Positions 16,060 through 27,670 are shown, numbered from the stretch's first letter. The stretch: 64,000 bases of DNA from Centroscyllium fabricii (GCA_051313645.2 JBNRSN020000031.1:8184001-8248000), one strand, 5' to 3'. The notes: generated by a model not told the origin, from the letters alone. Made by a program: numbers and translations.

Positions 16060-19000
16060 CACAAGCTGAGTTATCATTGGCCCACTGGCATCTGTAAGGA
16101 CTACTAATGTATTCACGTAATCAAATGCTGAGTTATCATTGGCCCACAGGCATCTGTAAGGACTACTATTGTATTCACGTAATCACATGCTGAGTTATCA
16201 TTGGCCCGCAGGCATCTGTAAGGACTACCTATTATATTCACGTAATCACACGCTGAGTTATCATTGGCCCACAGGCATCTGTAAGGACTATTATTATATT
16301 CACGTAATCACAAGCTGAGTTATCATTGGCCCACTGGCATCTGTAAGGACTACTAATGTATTCATGTAATCAAATGCTGAGTTATCATTGGCCCACAGGC
16401 ATCTGTAAGGACTACTATTGTATTCACATAAACACATGCTGAGTTATCATTGGCCCGCAGGCATCCGTAAGGGCTACCTATTATATTCACGTAATCACAT
16501 GCTGAGTTATCATTGGCCCACAGGCATCTGTAAGGACTACTATTATATTCAAGTAATCATATGCTGAGTTATCATTGGCCCACAGGCATCTGTAAGGACT
16601 ACCTATTATATTCACGTAATCACATGCTGAGTTATCATTGGCCCACAGGCATCTGTAAGGACTACCTATTATAATCACGTAATCACATGCTGAGTTATCA
16701 TTGGCCCACAGGCATCTGTAAGGTCTACCTGTTATATTCACGTAATCACATGCTGAATTATCATTGGCCCACAGGCATTTGTAAGGACGACTATTGTATT
16801 CACGTAATCAAATGCTGAGTTATCATTGGCCCACAGGCATCTGAAAGGACTACCAATTATATTCACGTAATCACATGCTGAATTATCATTGGCCCACAGG
16901 CATCTGTAAGGACTACCTATTATATTCACGTAATCACATGCTGAGTTATCATTGGCCCGCTGGCATCTGTAAGGACTAACAATTATATTCACGTGATCAC
17001 ATGCTGAGTTATCATTTGCCCACAGGCATCTGTAAGGACTACTATTGTATTCACGTAACCAAATGCTGAGTTATCATTGGCACACAGGCATCTGTAAGGA
17101 CTACTATTGTATTCACGTAATCACATGCTTAGTTATCATTGGCCCGCAGGCATCTGTAAGGACTACCTATTATATTCACGAATCACACGCTGAGTTATCA
17201 TTGGCCCACAGACATCTGCAAGGACTACTATTATATTCACGTAATCACATGCTGAGTTATCATTGGCCCACTGGCATCTGTAAGGACGACTATTGTATTC
17301 ACGTAATCACATGCTGAGTTATCATTGGCCTGCAGGCATCTGTAAGGACTACCTATTATATTCACATAATCACATGCTGAGTTATCATTGGCCCACAGGC
17401 ATCTGTAAGGACTACTATTATATACACGTAATCATATGCTGAGTTATCATTGGCCCACAGGCATCTGTAAGGACTACCTATTATATTCACGAAATCACAT
17501 GCTGAGTTATCATTGGACCACAGGCATTTGTAAGGACTACCTATTATATTCACGTAATCACGTGCTGAGTTATTATTGGCCCACAGGCATCTGTAAGGAC
17601 TACCTTTTATATTCACGTAATCACATGTTGAGTTATCATTGGCCCACAGGCATCTGTAAGGGCTACCTATTATATTCCCGTAATAATATGCTGAGTTATC
17701 ATTGCCCACATGCATCTGTAAGGACTACCTATTATATTCACGTAATCAAATGCTGAGTTATCATTGGCCCACAGGCATCTGTAAGGACTACCTATTATAT
17801 TCAGTTAATCACATGCTGAATTATGATTGGCCCACAGGCATCTGTAAGGACTACCTATTATATTCACGTAATCACATGCTGAGTTATCATTGGCCCACAG
17901 GCATCTGTAAGGACTACCTGTTATATTCACGTAATCACATGCTGAATTATCATTGGACCAAAGTCATCTGTAAGGACTACCTATTATATTCACGTAATCA
18001 CTTGTTGAGTTATCATTGGCCCACAGGCATCTGTAAGGACTACCTATTATATTCACGTAATCACATGCTGAATTATCATTGCCCACAGGTATCTGTAAGG
18101 ACTATCTATTATATTCACGTATTCACATGCTGAGTTATCATTGGCCCACAGGCATCTGTAAGCACTACCTATTATATTCACGTAATCACATGCTGAGTTA
18201 TCATTGGCCAACAGCCATCTGTAAGGACTACCTATTATATTCACGTAATCATATGCTGAGTTATCATCGGCCAACAGACATCTGTAAGGACAACCTATTG
18301 TATTCAAGTAATCACATGCTGAGTTATCATTGGCCCACAGGCATCTGTAAGGACTACCTATTATATTCACATAATCACATGCTGATTTATCATTGGCCCA
18401 CAGGCATCTGTATGGACAACCTATTTTATTCACGTAATCACATGCTGAGTTATCATTGGCCCACAGGTATCTGTAAGGACTACGCATTATATTCACGTAA
18501 TCACATGCTGAGCTATCATTGGCCCACAGGCATCTGGAAGGACTACATATTATATTCAAGTAATCACATGCTGAATTATCATTGGACAAAAGGCATCTGT
18601 AAGGACAACATATTATACTCACGTAATCACATGTTGAGTTATCATTGGCCCACAGGCATCAGTAAGGACTACTTATTATATTAACGTAATCAAATGCTGA
18701 GTTATCATTGGCCCACAGGCATCTGGAAGGACTACCTATTATATTCACGTAATCACATGCTGAGTTATCATTGGCCCACAGGCATCTGTAAGGACTTCCT
18801 ATTATATTCAGGTAATCACATGCTGAATTATCATTGGCCCACAGGCATCTGTAAGGACTACCTATTATATTCACGTAATCACATGCTGAGTTATCATTGG
18901 CCCGCAGGCATCTGTAAGGACTACCTATTATATTCACGTAATCACATGCTGAGATATCATTGGCCCACAGTTGTCTGTAAGGACTACCTATTATATTCAC

Positions 19001-22000
19001 GTAATCACATGCTGATTTATCATTGGCCCACAGGCATCTGTAAGGACTACCTATTATATTCACGTAATCACATGCTGAGATATCATTGGCCCACAGGCAT
19101 TTGTAAGGACTACCTATTATATTCACGTAATCACATGCTAAGTTATCATTGGCCCACAAGCATCTGTAAGGACTACCTATTATATTCACGTAATCACATG
19201 CTGAATTATCATTGGCCCACAGGCATCTGTAAGGACTACCTATTATATTCACGTAATCACATGCTGAGTTATCATTGGCCCACAGGCATTTGTAATGACT
19301 ACCTATTATATTCACGTAATCACATGCTGAGTTATCATTGGCCCACAGGCATCTGGAAGGACTACCTATTATATTCACGTAATCACATGCTGAATTATCA
19401 TTGGAAAAAAAGCATCTGTAAGGACTACTATTGTATTCACGTAATCACATGCTGAGATATCATTGGCCCACAGGCATCTGAAAGGACTACCTATTATATT
19501 TACGTAATCACATGCTGCATTATCATTGGCCCACAGGCTTCTGGAAGGTCTACCTATTATATACACGTAATCACATGCTGAGTTATCATTGGCCCACAGG
19601 CATCTGGAAGGACTACCTATTATATTCACGTAATCACATGCTGAATTATCATTGGACCAAAGGCATCTGTAAGGACTACCTATTATATTCACGTAATCAC
19701 TTGCAGAGTTATCATTGGCCCACAGGCATCTGTAAGGACTACCTATTATATTCACGTCATCACATGCTGAATTATCATTGCCCACAGGAATCTGTAAGGA
19801 CTACCTATTATATTCACGTAATCACATGCTGAGTTATCATTGGCCCACTGGCATCTGTAAGGACTACTATTGAATTCACTTAACCACATGCTGAGTTATC
19901 ATTGGCCGCATGCATCTGTAAGGACTACCCATTATATTCACGTAATCACATGCTGAGTTATCATTGGCCCACAGGCATCTGTAAGGACTACTATTGTATT
20001 CACGTAATCAAATGCTGAGTTATCATTGGCCCACAGGCATCTGTAAGGACTACCTATTATATTCACGTAATCACATGCTGAGTTATCATTGGCTCACAGG
20101 CATCTGTAAGGACTACCTGTTATATTCATGTAATCAAATGCTGAGTTATCATTGGCCCACAGGCATTTGTAAGGACTACGTATTATATTCAAGTATTCAC
20201 ATGCTGAGTTATCATTGGCCCACAGGCATCTGTAAGGACTACCTATTATATTCACGTAATCACATGCTGAATTATCATTGGCCCACAGGCATCTGTAATG
20301 ACTACCTATTATATTTACGTAATCACATGCTGAGTTATCATTGGCCCGCAGGCATCTGTAATGACTACCAATTATATTCACGTGATCACATGCTGAGTTA
20401 TCATTGCCCCCCAGCATCTGTAAGGACTATTGTTATATTCACGTAATCACAAGCTGAGTTATCATTGGCCCACTGGCATCTGTAAGGACTACTAATGTAT
20501 TCACGTAATCAAATGCTGAGTTATCATTGGCCCACAGGCATCTGTAAGGACTACTATTGTATTCATGTAATCACATGCTGAGTTATCATTGGCCCGCAGG
20601 CATCTATAAGGACTACCAATTATATTCACGTAATCGCACGCTGAGTTATCATTGGCCCACAGGCATCTGTAAGGACTATTATTATATTCACGTAATCACA
20701 AGCTGGGTTATCATTGGCCCACTGGCATCTGTAATGACTACTAATGTATTCACGTAATCAAATGCTGAGTTATAATTGGCCCACAGGCATCTGTAAGGAC
20801 TACTATTGTATTCACATAAACACATGCTGAGTTATCATTGGCCCGCAGGCATCCGTAAGGGCTACCTATTATATTCACGTAATCACATGCTGAGATATCA
20901 TTGGCCCACAGGCATCTGTAAGGACTACTATTATATTTACGTAATAATATGCTGAGTTATCATTGGCCCACAGGCATCTGTAAGGACTACCTATTATATT
21001 CACGTAATCACATGCTGAGTTATCATTGGCCCACAGGCATCTGTAAGGACTACCTATTATAATCACGTAATCACATGCTGAGTTATCATTGGCCCACAGG
21101 CATCTGTAAGGTCTACCTGTTATATTCACGTAATCACATGCTGAAATATCATTGGCCCACAGGCATTTGTAAGGACGACTATTGTATTCACGTAATCAAA
21201 TGCTGAGTTATCATTGGCCCACAGGCATCTGAAAGGACTACCAATTATATTCACGTAATCACATGCTGAATTATCATTGGCCCACAGGCATCTGTATGGA
21301 CTACCTATTATATTCACGTAATCACATGCTGAGTTATCATTGGCCCGCTGGCATCTGTAAGGACTAACAATTATATTCACGTGATCACATGCTGAGTTAT
21401 CATTTGCCCACAGGCATCTGTAAGGACTACTATTGTATTCACGTAACCAAATGCTGAGTTATCATTGGCACACAGGCATCTGTAAGGACTACTATTGTAT
21501 TTACGTAATCACATGCTTAGTTATCATTGGCCCGCAGGCATCTGTAAGGACTACCTATTATATTCACGAATCACACGCTGAGTTATCATTGGCCCACAGA
21601 CATCTGCAAGGACTACTATTAAATTCACGTAATCACATGCTGAGTTATCATTGGCCCACTGGCATCTGTAAGGACGACTATTGTATTCACGTAATCACAT
21701 GCTGAGTTATCATTGGCCTGCAGGCATCTGTAAGGACTACCAATTATATTCACATAATCACATGCTGAGTTATCATTGGCCCACAGGCATCTGTAAGGAC
21801 TACTATTATATACACATAATCATATGCTGAGTTATCATTGGCCCACAGGCATCTGTAAGGACTACCTATTATATTCACGAAATCACATGCTGTGTTATCA
21901 TTGGACCACAGGCATTTGTAAGGACTACCTATTATATTCACGCAATCACGTGCTGAGTTATTATTGGCCCACAGGCATCTGTAAGGACTACCTTTTATAT

Positions 22001-24429
22001 TCACGTAATCACATGATGAGTTATCATTGGCCCACAGGCATCTGTAAGGGCTACCTATTATATTCCCGTAATAATATGCTGAGTTATCATTGCCCACATG
22101 CATCTGTAAGGACTACCTATTATATTCACGTAATCAAATGCTGAGTTATCATTGGCCCACAGGCATCTGTAAGGACTACCTATTATATTCAGGAAATCAC
22201 ATGCTGAATTATGATTGGCCCACAGGCATCTGTAAGGACTACCTATTATATTCACGTAATCACATGCTGAGTTATCATTGGCCCACAGGCATCTGTAAGG
22301 ACTACCTGTTATATTCACGTAATCACTTGCTGAGTTATCATTCGCCAACAGGCATTTGTAAGGACTGCCTATTATATTCACGTATTCACATGCTGAGTTA
22401 TCATTGGCCCACAGGCATCTGTAAGGACTACCTATTATATTCACGTAACCTCATGCTGAGTTATCATTGGCCAACAGGCATCTGTAAGGACTACCTATTA
22501 TATTCACGTAATCACATGCTGAATTATCATTGGACCAAAGGCATCTGTAAGGACTACCTTTTATATTCACGTAATCACATGTTGAGTTATCATTGGCCCA
22601 CAGGCATCTGTAAGGACTACTTATTATATTCACGTAATCAAATGCTGAGTTATCATTGGCCCACAGGCATCTGGAAGGACTACCTATTATATTCACGTAA
22701 TCACATGCCGAGTTATCATTGGCCACAGGCATCTGTAAGGACAACCTATTATATTCACGTAATCACATGCTGAGTTATCATTGGCCCACAGGCATCTGTA
22801 AGGACTACCTATTATATTCACGCAATCACATGCTGAGTTATCATTGGCCCACAGGCATCTATCTGTAAGTCTACCTGTTATATTCATGTAATCACATGCT
22901 GAGTTATCATTGGCCCACAGGCATTTATAAGGACTACCTATTATATTCACGTATTCACATGCTGAGTTATCATTGGCCCACAGGCATCTGTAAGGTCTAC
23001 CTATTATATTCAAGTAATCACATGCAGAGTTATCTTTGGCCCACTGGCATCTGTAAGGACAACTATTGTATTCACTTAACCACATGCTGAGTTATCATTT
23101 GCCGCAGGCATCTGTAAGGACTACCCATTCTATTCACGTAATCACATGCTGAGTTATCATTGGCCCACAGGCATCTGTAAGGACTACTTTTGTATTCACG
23201 TAATCAAATGCTGAGTTATCATTGGCCTGCAGGCATCTGTAAGGACAACTATTATATTCACGTAATCACATGCTGAGTTATCATTGGCCCACAGGCATCT
23301 GTAAGGACTACCTATTATATTCACGTAATCACATGCTGAGTTATCATTGGCCCACAGGCATCTGTAAGGAATACCTATTATATTCACGTAATCACATGCT
23401 GAATTATCATTGGCCCGCAGGCATCCGTAAGGACTACCAATTATATTCACGTGATCACATGCTGAGTTATCATTGGCCCACAGGCATCTGTAAGGACTAC
23501 TATTGTATTCACGTAATCAAATGCTGAGTTATCATTGGCCCACTGGCATCTGTAAGGAGAACCTATTATATTCAGGTAATCACATGCTGAATTATCATTG
23601 GCCCACAGGCATCTATAAGGACTACCTATTATATTCACGTAATCACATGCTGAGTTATCATTGGCCCACAGGCATCTGTAAGGACCACCTCTTATATTCA
23701 TGTAATCACACGCTGAGTTATCATTGGCCCACAGGCATTTGTAAGGACTACGTATTATATTCACGTAATCACATGCTGAGTTATCATTGGCCCACAGGCA
23801 TCTGTAAGGACTACCTATTATATTCACGTAATCACATGCTGAGTTATCATTGGCCCACAGGCATCTGTAAGGACTACCTATTATATTCACGTAATCCCAT
23901 GCTGAGATATCATTGGCCCACAGGCATCTGTAAGGACTACCTATTATATTCACGTAATCACATGCTATGTTATCGTTGGCCCACAGGCATCTGTAAGGAC
24001 TACCTATTATATTCACGTAATCACATGCTGAATTTTCATTGGCCCACAGGCATCTGTAATGACAGCCAATTATATTCACGTAATCACATGCTGAGTTATC
24101 ATTGGCCAACAGGCATCTGTAAGGACTACTATTGTATTCAATTAACCAAATGCTGAGTTATCATTGGCCCACAGGCATCTGTAAGGACTACTATTGTATT
24201 CACGTAATCACATGCTGAGTTATCATTGGCCCGCAGGCATCTGTAAGGACTACCTAATATATTCACGTAATCACTCGCTGAGTTACCATTGGCCCACAGG
24301 CATCTGTAAGGACTACTATTATATTCACGTAATCACATGCTGAGTTATCATTGGCCCACTGGCATCTGTAAGGACTACTATTGTATTCAAGTAATCAAAT
24401 GCTGAGTTCTCATTGGCCCACAGGCATCT

Positions 24430-25945
24430 GTAAGGACTACTATTGTATTCACGTAATCACATGCTGAGTTATAATTGGCCCGCAGGCATCTGTAGGGGCT
24501 CCTATTATATTCACGTAATCACATGCTGAGTTATCATTGGCCCACAGGCATCTGTAAGGACTACCTATTATATTCACGTAATCACATGCTGAATTATCAT
24601 TGGCCCACAGGCATTGGTAAGGGCTACCTATTATATTCACGTAATCACATGCTGAGTTATCATTGACCCACAGGCATCTGTAAGGACTACCTATTTTATT
24701 CACGTAATCACATGATGAGATATCATTGGCCCACAGGCATCTGTAAGGACTACCTATTATATTCCCGTAATAATATGCTGAGTTATCATTGGCCCATGGG
24801 CATCTGTAAGGACTACCTATTATATTCACGTAATCAAATGCTGAGTAATCATTGGCCCACAGGCATCTGTAAGGACTACCTATTATATTCAGGTAATCAC
24901 ATGCTGAATTATCATTGGCCCACAGGCATCTGTAAGAACTACCTATTATATTCACGTAATCACATGCTGAGTTATCATTGGCCCACAGGCATCTGTAAGG
25001 ACTACCTGTTATATTCACGTAATCTCATGCTGAGTTTTCATTGGCCCACAGGCATTTGGAAGGACTACCTATTATATTCACGTATTCACATGCTGAGTTA
25101 TCATTGGCCCACAGCCATCTGTAAGGACTACCTTTTATATTCACATAATCACATGCTGAGTTATCATTGGCCCACAGGCATCTGTAAGGACTACTATTGT
25201 ATTCACGTAATCACATGCTGAGTTATAATTGGCCCGCAGGCATCTGTAGGGGCTCCTATTATATTCACGTAATCACATGCTGAGTTATCATTGGCCCACA
25301 GGCATCTGTAAGGACTACCTATTATATTCACGTAATCACATGCTGAATTATCATTGGCCCACAGGCATTGGTAAGGGCTACCTATTATATTCATGTAATC
25401 ACATGCTGAGTTATCATTGACCCACAGGCATCTGTAAGGACTACCTATTTTATTCACGTAATCACATGATGAGATATCATTGGCCCACAGGCATCTGTAA
25501 GGACTACCTATTATATTCCCGTAATAATATGCTGAGTTATCATTGGCCCATGGGCATCTGTAAGGACTACCTATTATATTCACGTAATCAAATGCTGAGT
25601 TATCATTGGCCCACAGGCATCTGTAAGGACTACCTATTATATTCAGGTAATCACATGCTGAATTATCATTGGCCCACAGGCATCTGTAAGAACTACCTAT
25701 TATATTCACGTAATCACATGCTGAGTTATCATTGGCCCACAGGCATCTGTAAGGACTACCTGTTATATTCACGTAATCTCATGCTGAGTTTTCATTGGCC
25801 CACAGGCATTTGGAAGGACTACCTATTATATTCACGTATTCACATGCTGAGTTATCATTGGCCCACAGCCATCTGTAAGGACTACCTTTTATATTCACAT
25901 AATCACATGCTGAGTTATCATTGGCCCACAGGCATCTGTAAGGAC
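24430..25945. repeat. Tandem duplication, period 754 bp (12 monomers)
   Basis: The variants TGTAGGGGCTCC, GCATTGGTAAGGG and CCCATGGG recur at +754. ORF-track pairs: 24449/25203, 24712/25466. Confidence 0.92.
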
Positions 25946-26386
25946 TACCTATTATATTCACGTAATCACATGCTGAGTTATCATTGGCCCACAGGCATCT
26001 GTAAGGACTACCTATTATATTCACGTAATCACATGCTGAGTTATCATTGGCCCACAGGCAGCTGTAAGGACTTCCTATAATATTCACGTAATCACATGCT
26101 GAGTTATCATTGGCCCACAGACATCTGTAAGGACTACCTATTATATTCACGTAATCACATGCTGAATTATCATTGGACCAAAGGCATCTGTAAGTACTAC
26201 TATTGTATTCACGTAATCACATGCTGAGTTATCATTGACCCACAGGCATCTGTAAGGACTACCTATTATATTTACGTAATCACATGCTGAGTTATCATTG
26301 GCCCACAGGCATCTGGAAGGACTACCTATTATATTCAGGTAATCACATGCTGAGTTATCATTGGCCCACAGGCATCTGGAAGGACT

Positions 26387-26390
26387 ACCT
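26387..26390. other. Target-site duplication ACCT, left copy
   Basis: ...GGACT-ACCT|TGTTGTG. The satellite monomer has a single ACCT at this position. Confidence 0.95.
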
Positions 26391-26635
26391 TGTTGTGCTG
26401 CAGGTATTCAGAAAGCACACAGAGCCAGAGCTAAGGAAAAACACGTCTTTACTCAATTCGTTACAACATGGAAGAGAGAGAACCACGCGATACAAACATA
26501 TTTAAAACAGTCCCGCCGTTGGTGACGTCATCACGTCCGCCGACGTGGTGACGTAGTCGCATCACCCGGATGAGCGGGCTGCGCTCCGCGGAGCCCCGTT
26601 GGCGGATTCGATCTCCCAGCGGGTGTGCCGCCACA
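26391..26635 (-). repeat. 3' LTR (245 bp)
   Basis: The minus strand reads TGTGGCGG...GCACAACA. It differs from the 5' LTR at only 3 positions, given on the plus strand: 26490 A/27521 G, 26616 C/27647 T, 26632 C/27663 T. Confidence 0.97.
26448..26453 (-). promoter_or_regulatory. Putative variant polyadenylation signal AGTAAA in the 3' LTR
   Basis: About 45 nt downstream of the TATA-like box and followed by GT/T-rich sequence (GACGTGTTTTTCC). The LTR has no canonical AATAAA. Confidence 0.4.
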
Positions 26636-26647
26636 CAGTTCCCCGCA
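26636..26647 (-). promoter_or_regulatory. Putative short polypurine tract
   Basis: Minus strand TGCGGGGAACTG lies immediately before the 3' LTR. The position is right, but the purine run is only GGGGAA. Confidence 0.55.
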
Positions 26648-26678
26648 GAATCCGTCCGGGAGAAATAGATCAAAGTGT

Positions 26679-27329
26679 CTATGTGTGCCGTTGGGGCGGT
26701 CGGATGATGCGGCCGGACAGTGTTGCTAGCTGTTGGTGGTTCTGCGTTGGAGTGTGGGCGGGTTTTGGTGCGGGAGGGCGACCGCGTTGTGGTGGTTGTC
26801 CGGGGACCGTGGTCTCGCCCGCTGTCACATGTGCCGGCTTGAGCCGGACTATTGTTACCGTTTCAGTCCTTTTGCCCATTTGCAATTCAAAAGTCTTGGC
26901 GCGGGGCACTTTGAGGAGGAAAACTGTGCGGAATAGGGTGGCAGGATTGGGAGTGAGCGCCTGCATCTGACCTAGGATGTCCGATGGGTCTGCATCCCCG
27001 AGTTCGGGGAGGTCGAGGAGCTGGCAGTCGCGCTCAAACTGGGAAGGGGTAAACTTCTTAATTAGCGCGGCCTTAAGCGTTTCATACCTGCCTGCAGAGG
27101 GCACGCGCTGGATCGTTGACCACATCCTATCGACGGTCGTCTGTGGCAGGGCTGTGAGCACCAAGTCGTAGCGGTCGTCCCCGTTGATGCCATTTGAACG
27201 GCAGCTGGCTTCTATGCAGCTGAACCAGGCCGCTGGCCGTTGCTCCCAAAACTCGGGCAAAACAAGTCCGCGCCCGGTGCTCCGTCCAGCTCCCTGTGAT
27301 CGTGGAGCTTGGTTCCTCGTGTTGGACAT
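26679..27329 (-). CDS. gag: 216-aa truncated Gag (capsid-region, DUF7041-like) fused to an integrase C-terminal-like tail
   Basis: ATG in A-rich context (AATAAAAC-ATG) about 90 nt after the 5' LTR, and TAG about 40 nt before the 3' LTR. Residues ~24-142 (LPEFWEQRPAAWF..IEA..YETLKAALIKKF..QLL..ELGDADPSDIL..M..LFRTVFLLKVP) match the LPxFW..P..WF..E / LGD.KPS..L pattern I recognise from CsRn1-like Gag. Residues ~144-216 (KTFELQMGKRTETVTIVRLKPAH...TLSGRIIRPPQR) match the VS.DRLKPA...TRSGR...P pattern of their integrase C-termini. Confidence 0.85.
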   Translation of the reverse strand: MSNTRNQAPRSQGAGRSTGRGLVLPEFWEQRPAAWFSCIEASCRSNGINGDDRYDLVLTALPQTTVDRMWSTIQRVPSAGRYETLKAALIKKFTPSQFERDCQLLDLPELGDADPSDILGQMQALTPNPATLFRTVFLLKVPRAKTFELQMGKRTETVTIVRLKPAHVTAGETTVPGQPPQRGRPPAPKPAHTPTQNHQQLATLSGRIIRPPQRHT

Positions 27330-27405
27330 GTTTTATTTAAAAGTCCTTGGCTGGAGTTCACAAATCCTGTAGCAGCTTTTCTTCTTTACTGGAATTCGTT
27401 CCAGT

Positions 27406-27420
27406 CGTCGAGGGTCACCA
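27406..27420 (-). promoter_or_regulatory. Primer-binding site complementary to the 3' end of tRNA-Trp
   Basis: Minus strand TGGTGACCCTCGACG begins 1 nt after the 5' LTR. The metazoan tRNA-Trp 3' end as I recall it (...CACGUCGGGGUCACCA) predicts TGGTGACCCCGACG, giving 14 matches with one extra T. Confidence 0.85.
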
Positions 27421-27421
27421 C

Positions 27422-27666
27422 TGTTGTGCTGCAGGTATTCAGAAAGCACACAGAGCCAGAGCTAAGGAAAAACACGTCTTTACTCAATTCGTTACAACAT
27501 GGAAGAGAGAGAACCACGCGGTACAAACATATTTAAAACAGTCCCGCCGTTGGTGACGTCATCACGTCCGCCGACGTGGTGACGTAGTCGCATCACCCGG
27601 ATGAGCGGGCTGCGCTCCGCGGAGCCCCGTTGGCGGATTCGATCTCTCAGCGGGTGTGCCGCTACA
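27422..27666 (-). repeat. 5' LTR (245 bp)
   Basis: Direct repeat of 26391-26635 at offset 1031. The minus strand reads TGTAGCGG...GCACAACA and is followed after 1 nt by the PBS. Confidence 0.97.
27530..27537 (-). promoter_or_regulatory. Putative TATA-like box in the 5' LTR (TTTAAATA; copy at 26499-26506)
   Basis: An AT-only stretch in the middle of the LTR, downstream (minus strand) of a GC-rich U3-like segment that contains TGACGTCA. Confidence 0.45.
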
Positions 27667-27670
27667 ACCT
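27667..27670. other. Target-site duplication ACCT, right copy
   Basis: ...GCTACA|ACCT-ATTATATTC. Removing the element and one ACCT restores an intact monomer. Confidence 0.95.

Larger units (their letters stand above)
1..26390. repeat. 63-bp satellite tandem array, left arm (about 420 monomers; open at the window start)
   Basis: Continuous head-to-tail copies of the 63-bp consensus in one orientation, mostly with a few substitutions each. Recurrent 62-bp variants include GACTACTATT, TTGGCCACAGG, TTGGCCGCAGG and CATTGCCCACA. Confidence 0.99.
26391..27666 (-). mobile_element. Non-autonomous miniature LTR retrotransposon (1,276 bp), Ty3/Gypsy, probably CsRn1/Kabuki-like lineage
   Basis: Two 245-bp direct repeats with TGT...ACA termini, flanked by a duplicated ACCT. 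The 786-bp interior has a PBS next to one LTR, a G-rich tract next to the other, and a Gag-like ORF. It is more GC- and CpG-rich than the satellite. Confidence 0.96.

Noticed and set aside
26284-26505. Satellite-LTR chimeric ORFs (also 27562-27744 and 27630-27884)
   Set aside because: These are short read-throughs of the open satellite frame across the insertion junction, with no evidence of function.
26530-26537. ATCACGTC in the LTR matching tRNA-Trp next to the PBS-paired region (possible bipartite PBS)
   Set aside because: It is only 8 nt and is already explained by the ACGT-rich hairpin, so chance cannot be excluded.
26599-27556. Plus-strand ORFs inside the element (26599-26970, 26733-26936, 26977-27171, 27184-27372, 27309-27536, 27347-27556)
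   Set aside because: They are antisense to the Gag-like ORF, PBS and PPT, show no recognisable motifs, and are expected by chance in GC-rich sequence.
26391-27666. Autonomous retrotransposon, DNA transposon or prokaryotic IS
   Set aside because: There are no RT (YxDD), protease, RNase H or DDE-core motifs, and the element is too short. Its termini are long direct repeats with a PBS, not terminal inverted repeats.
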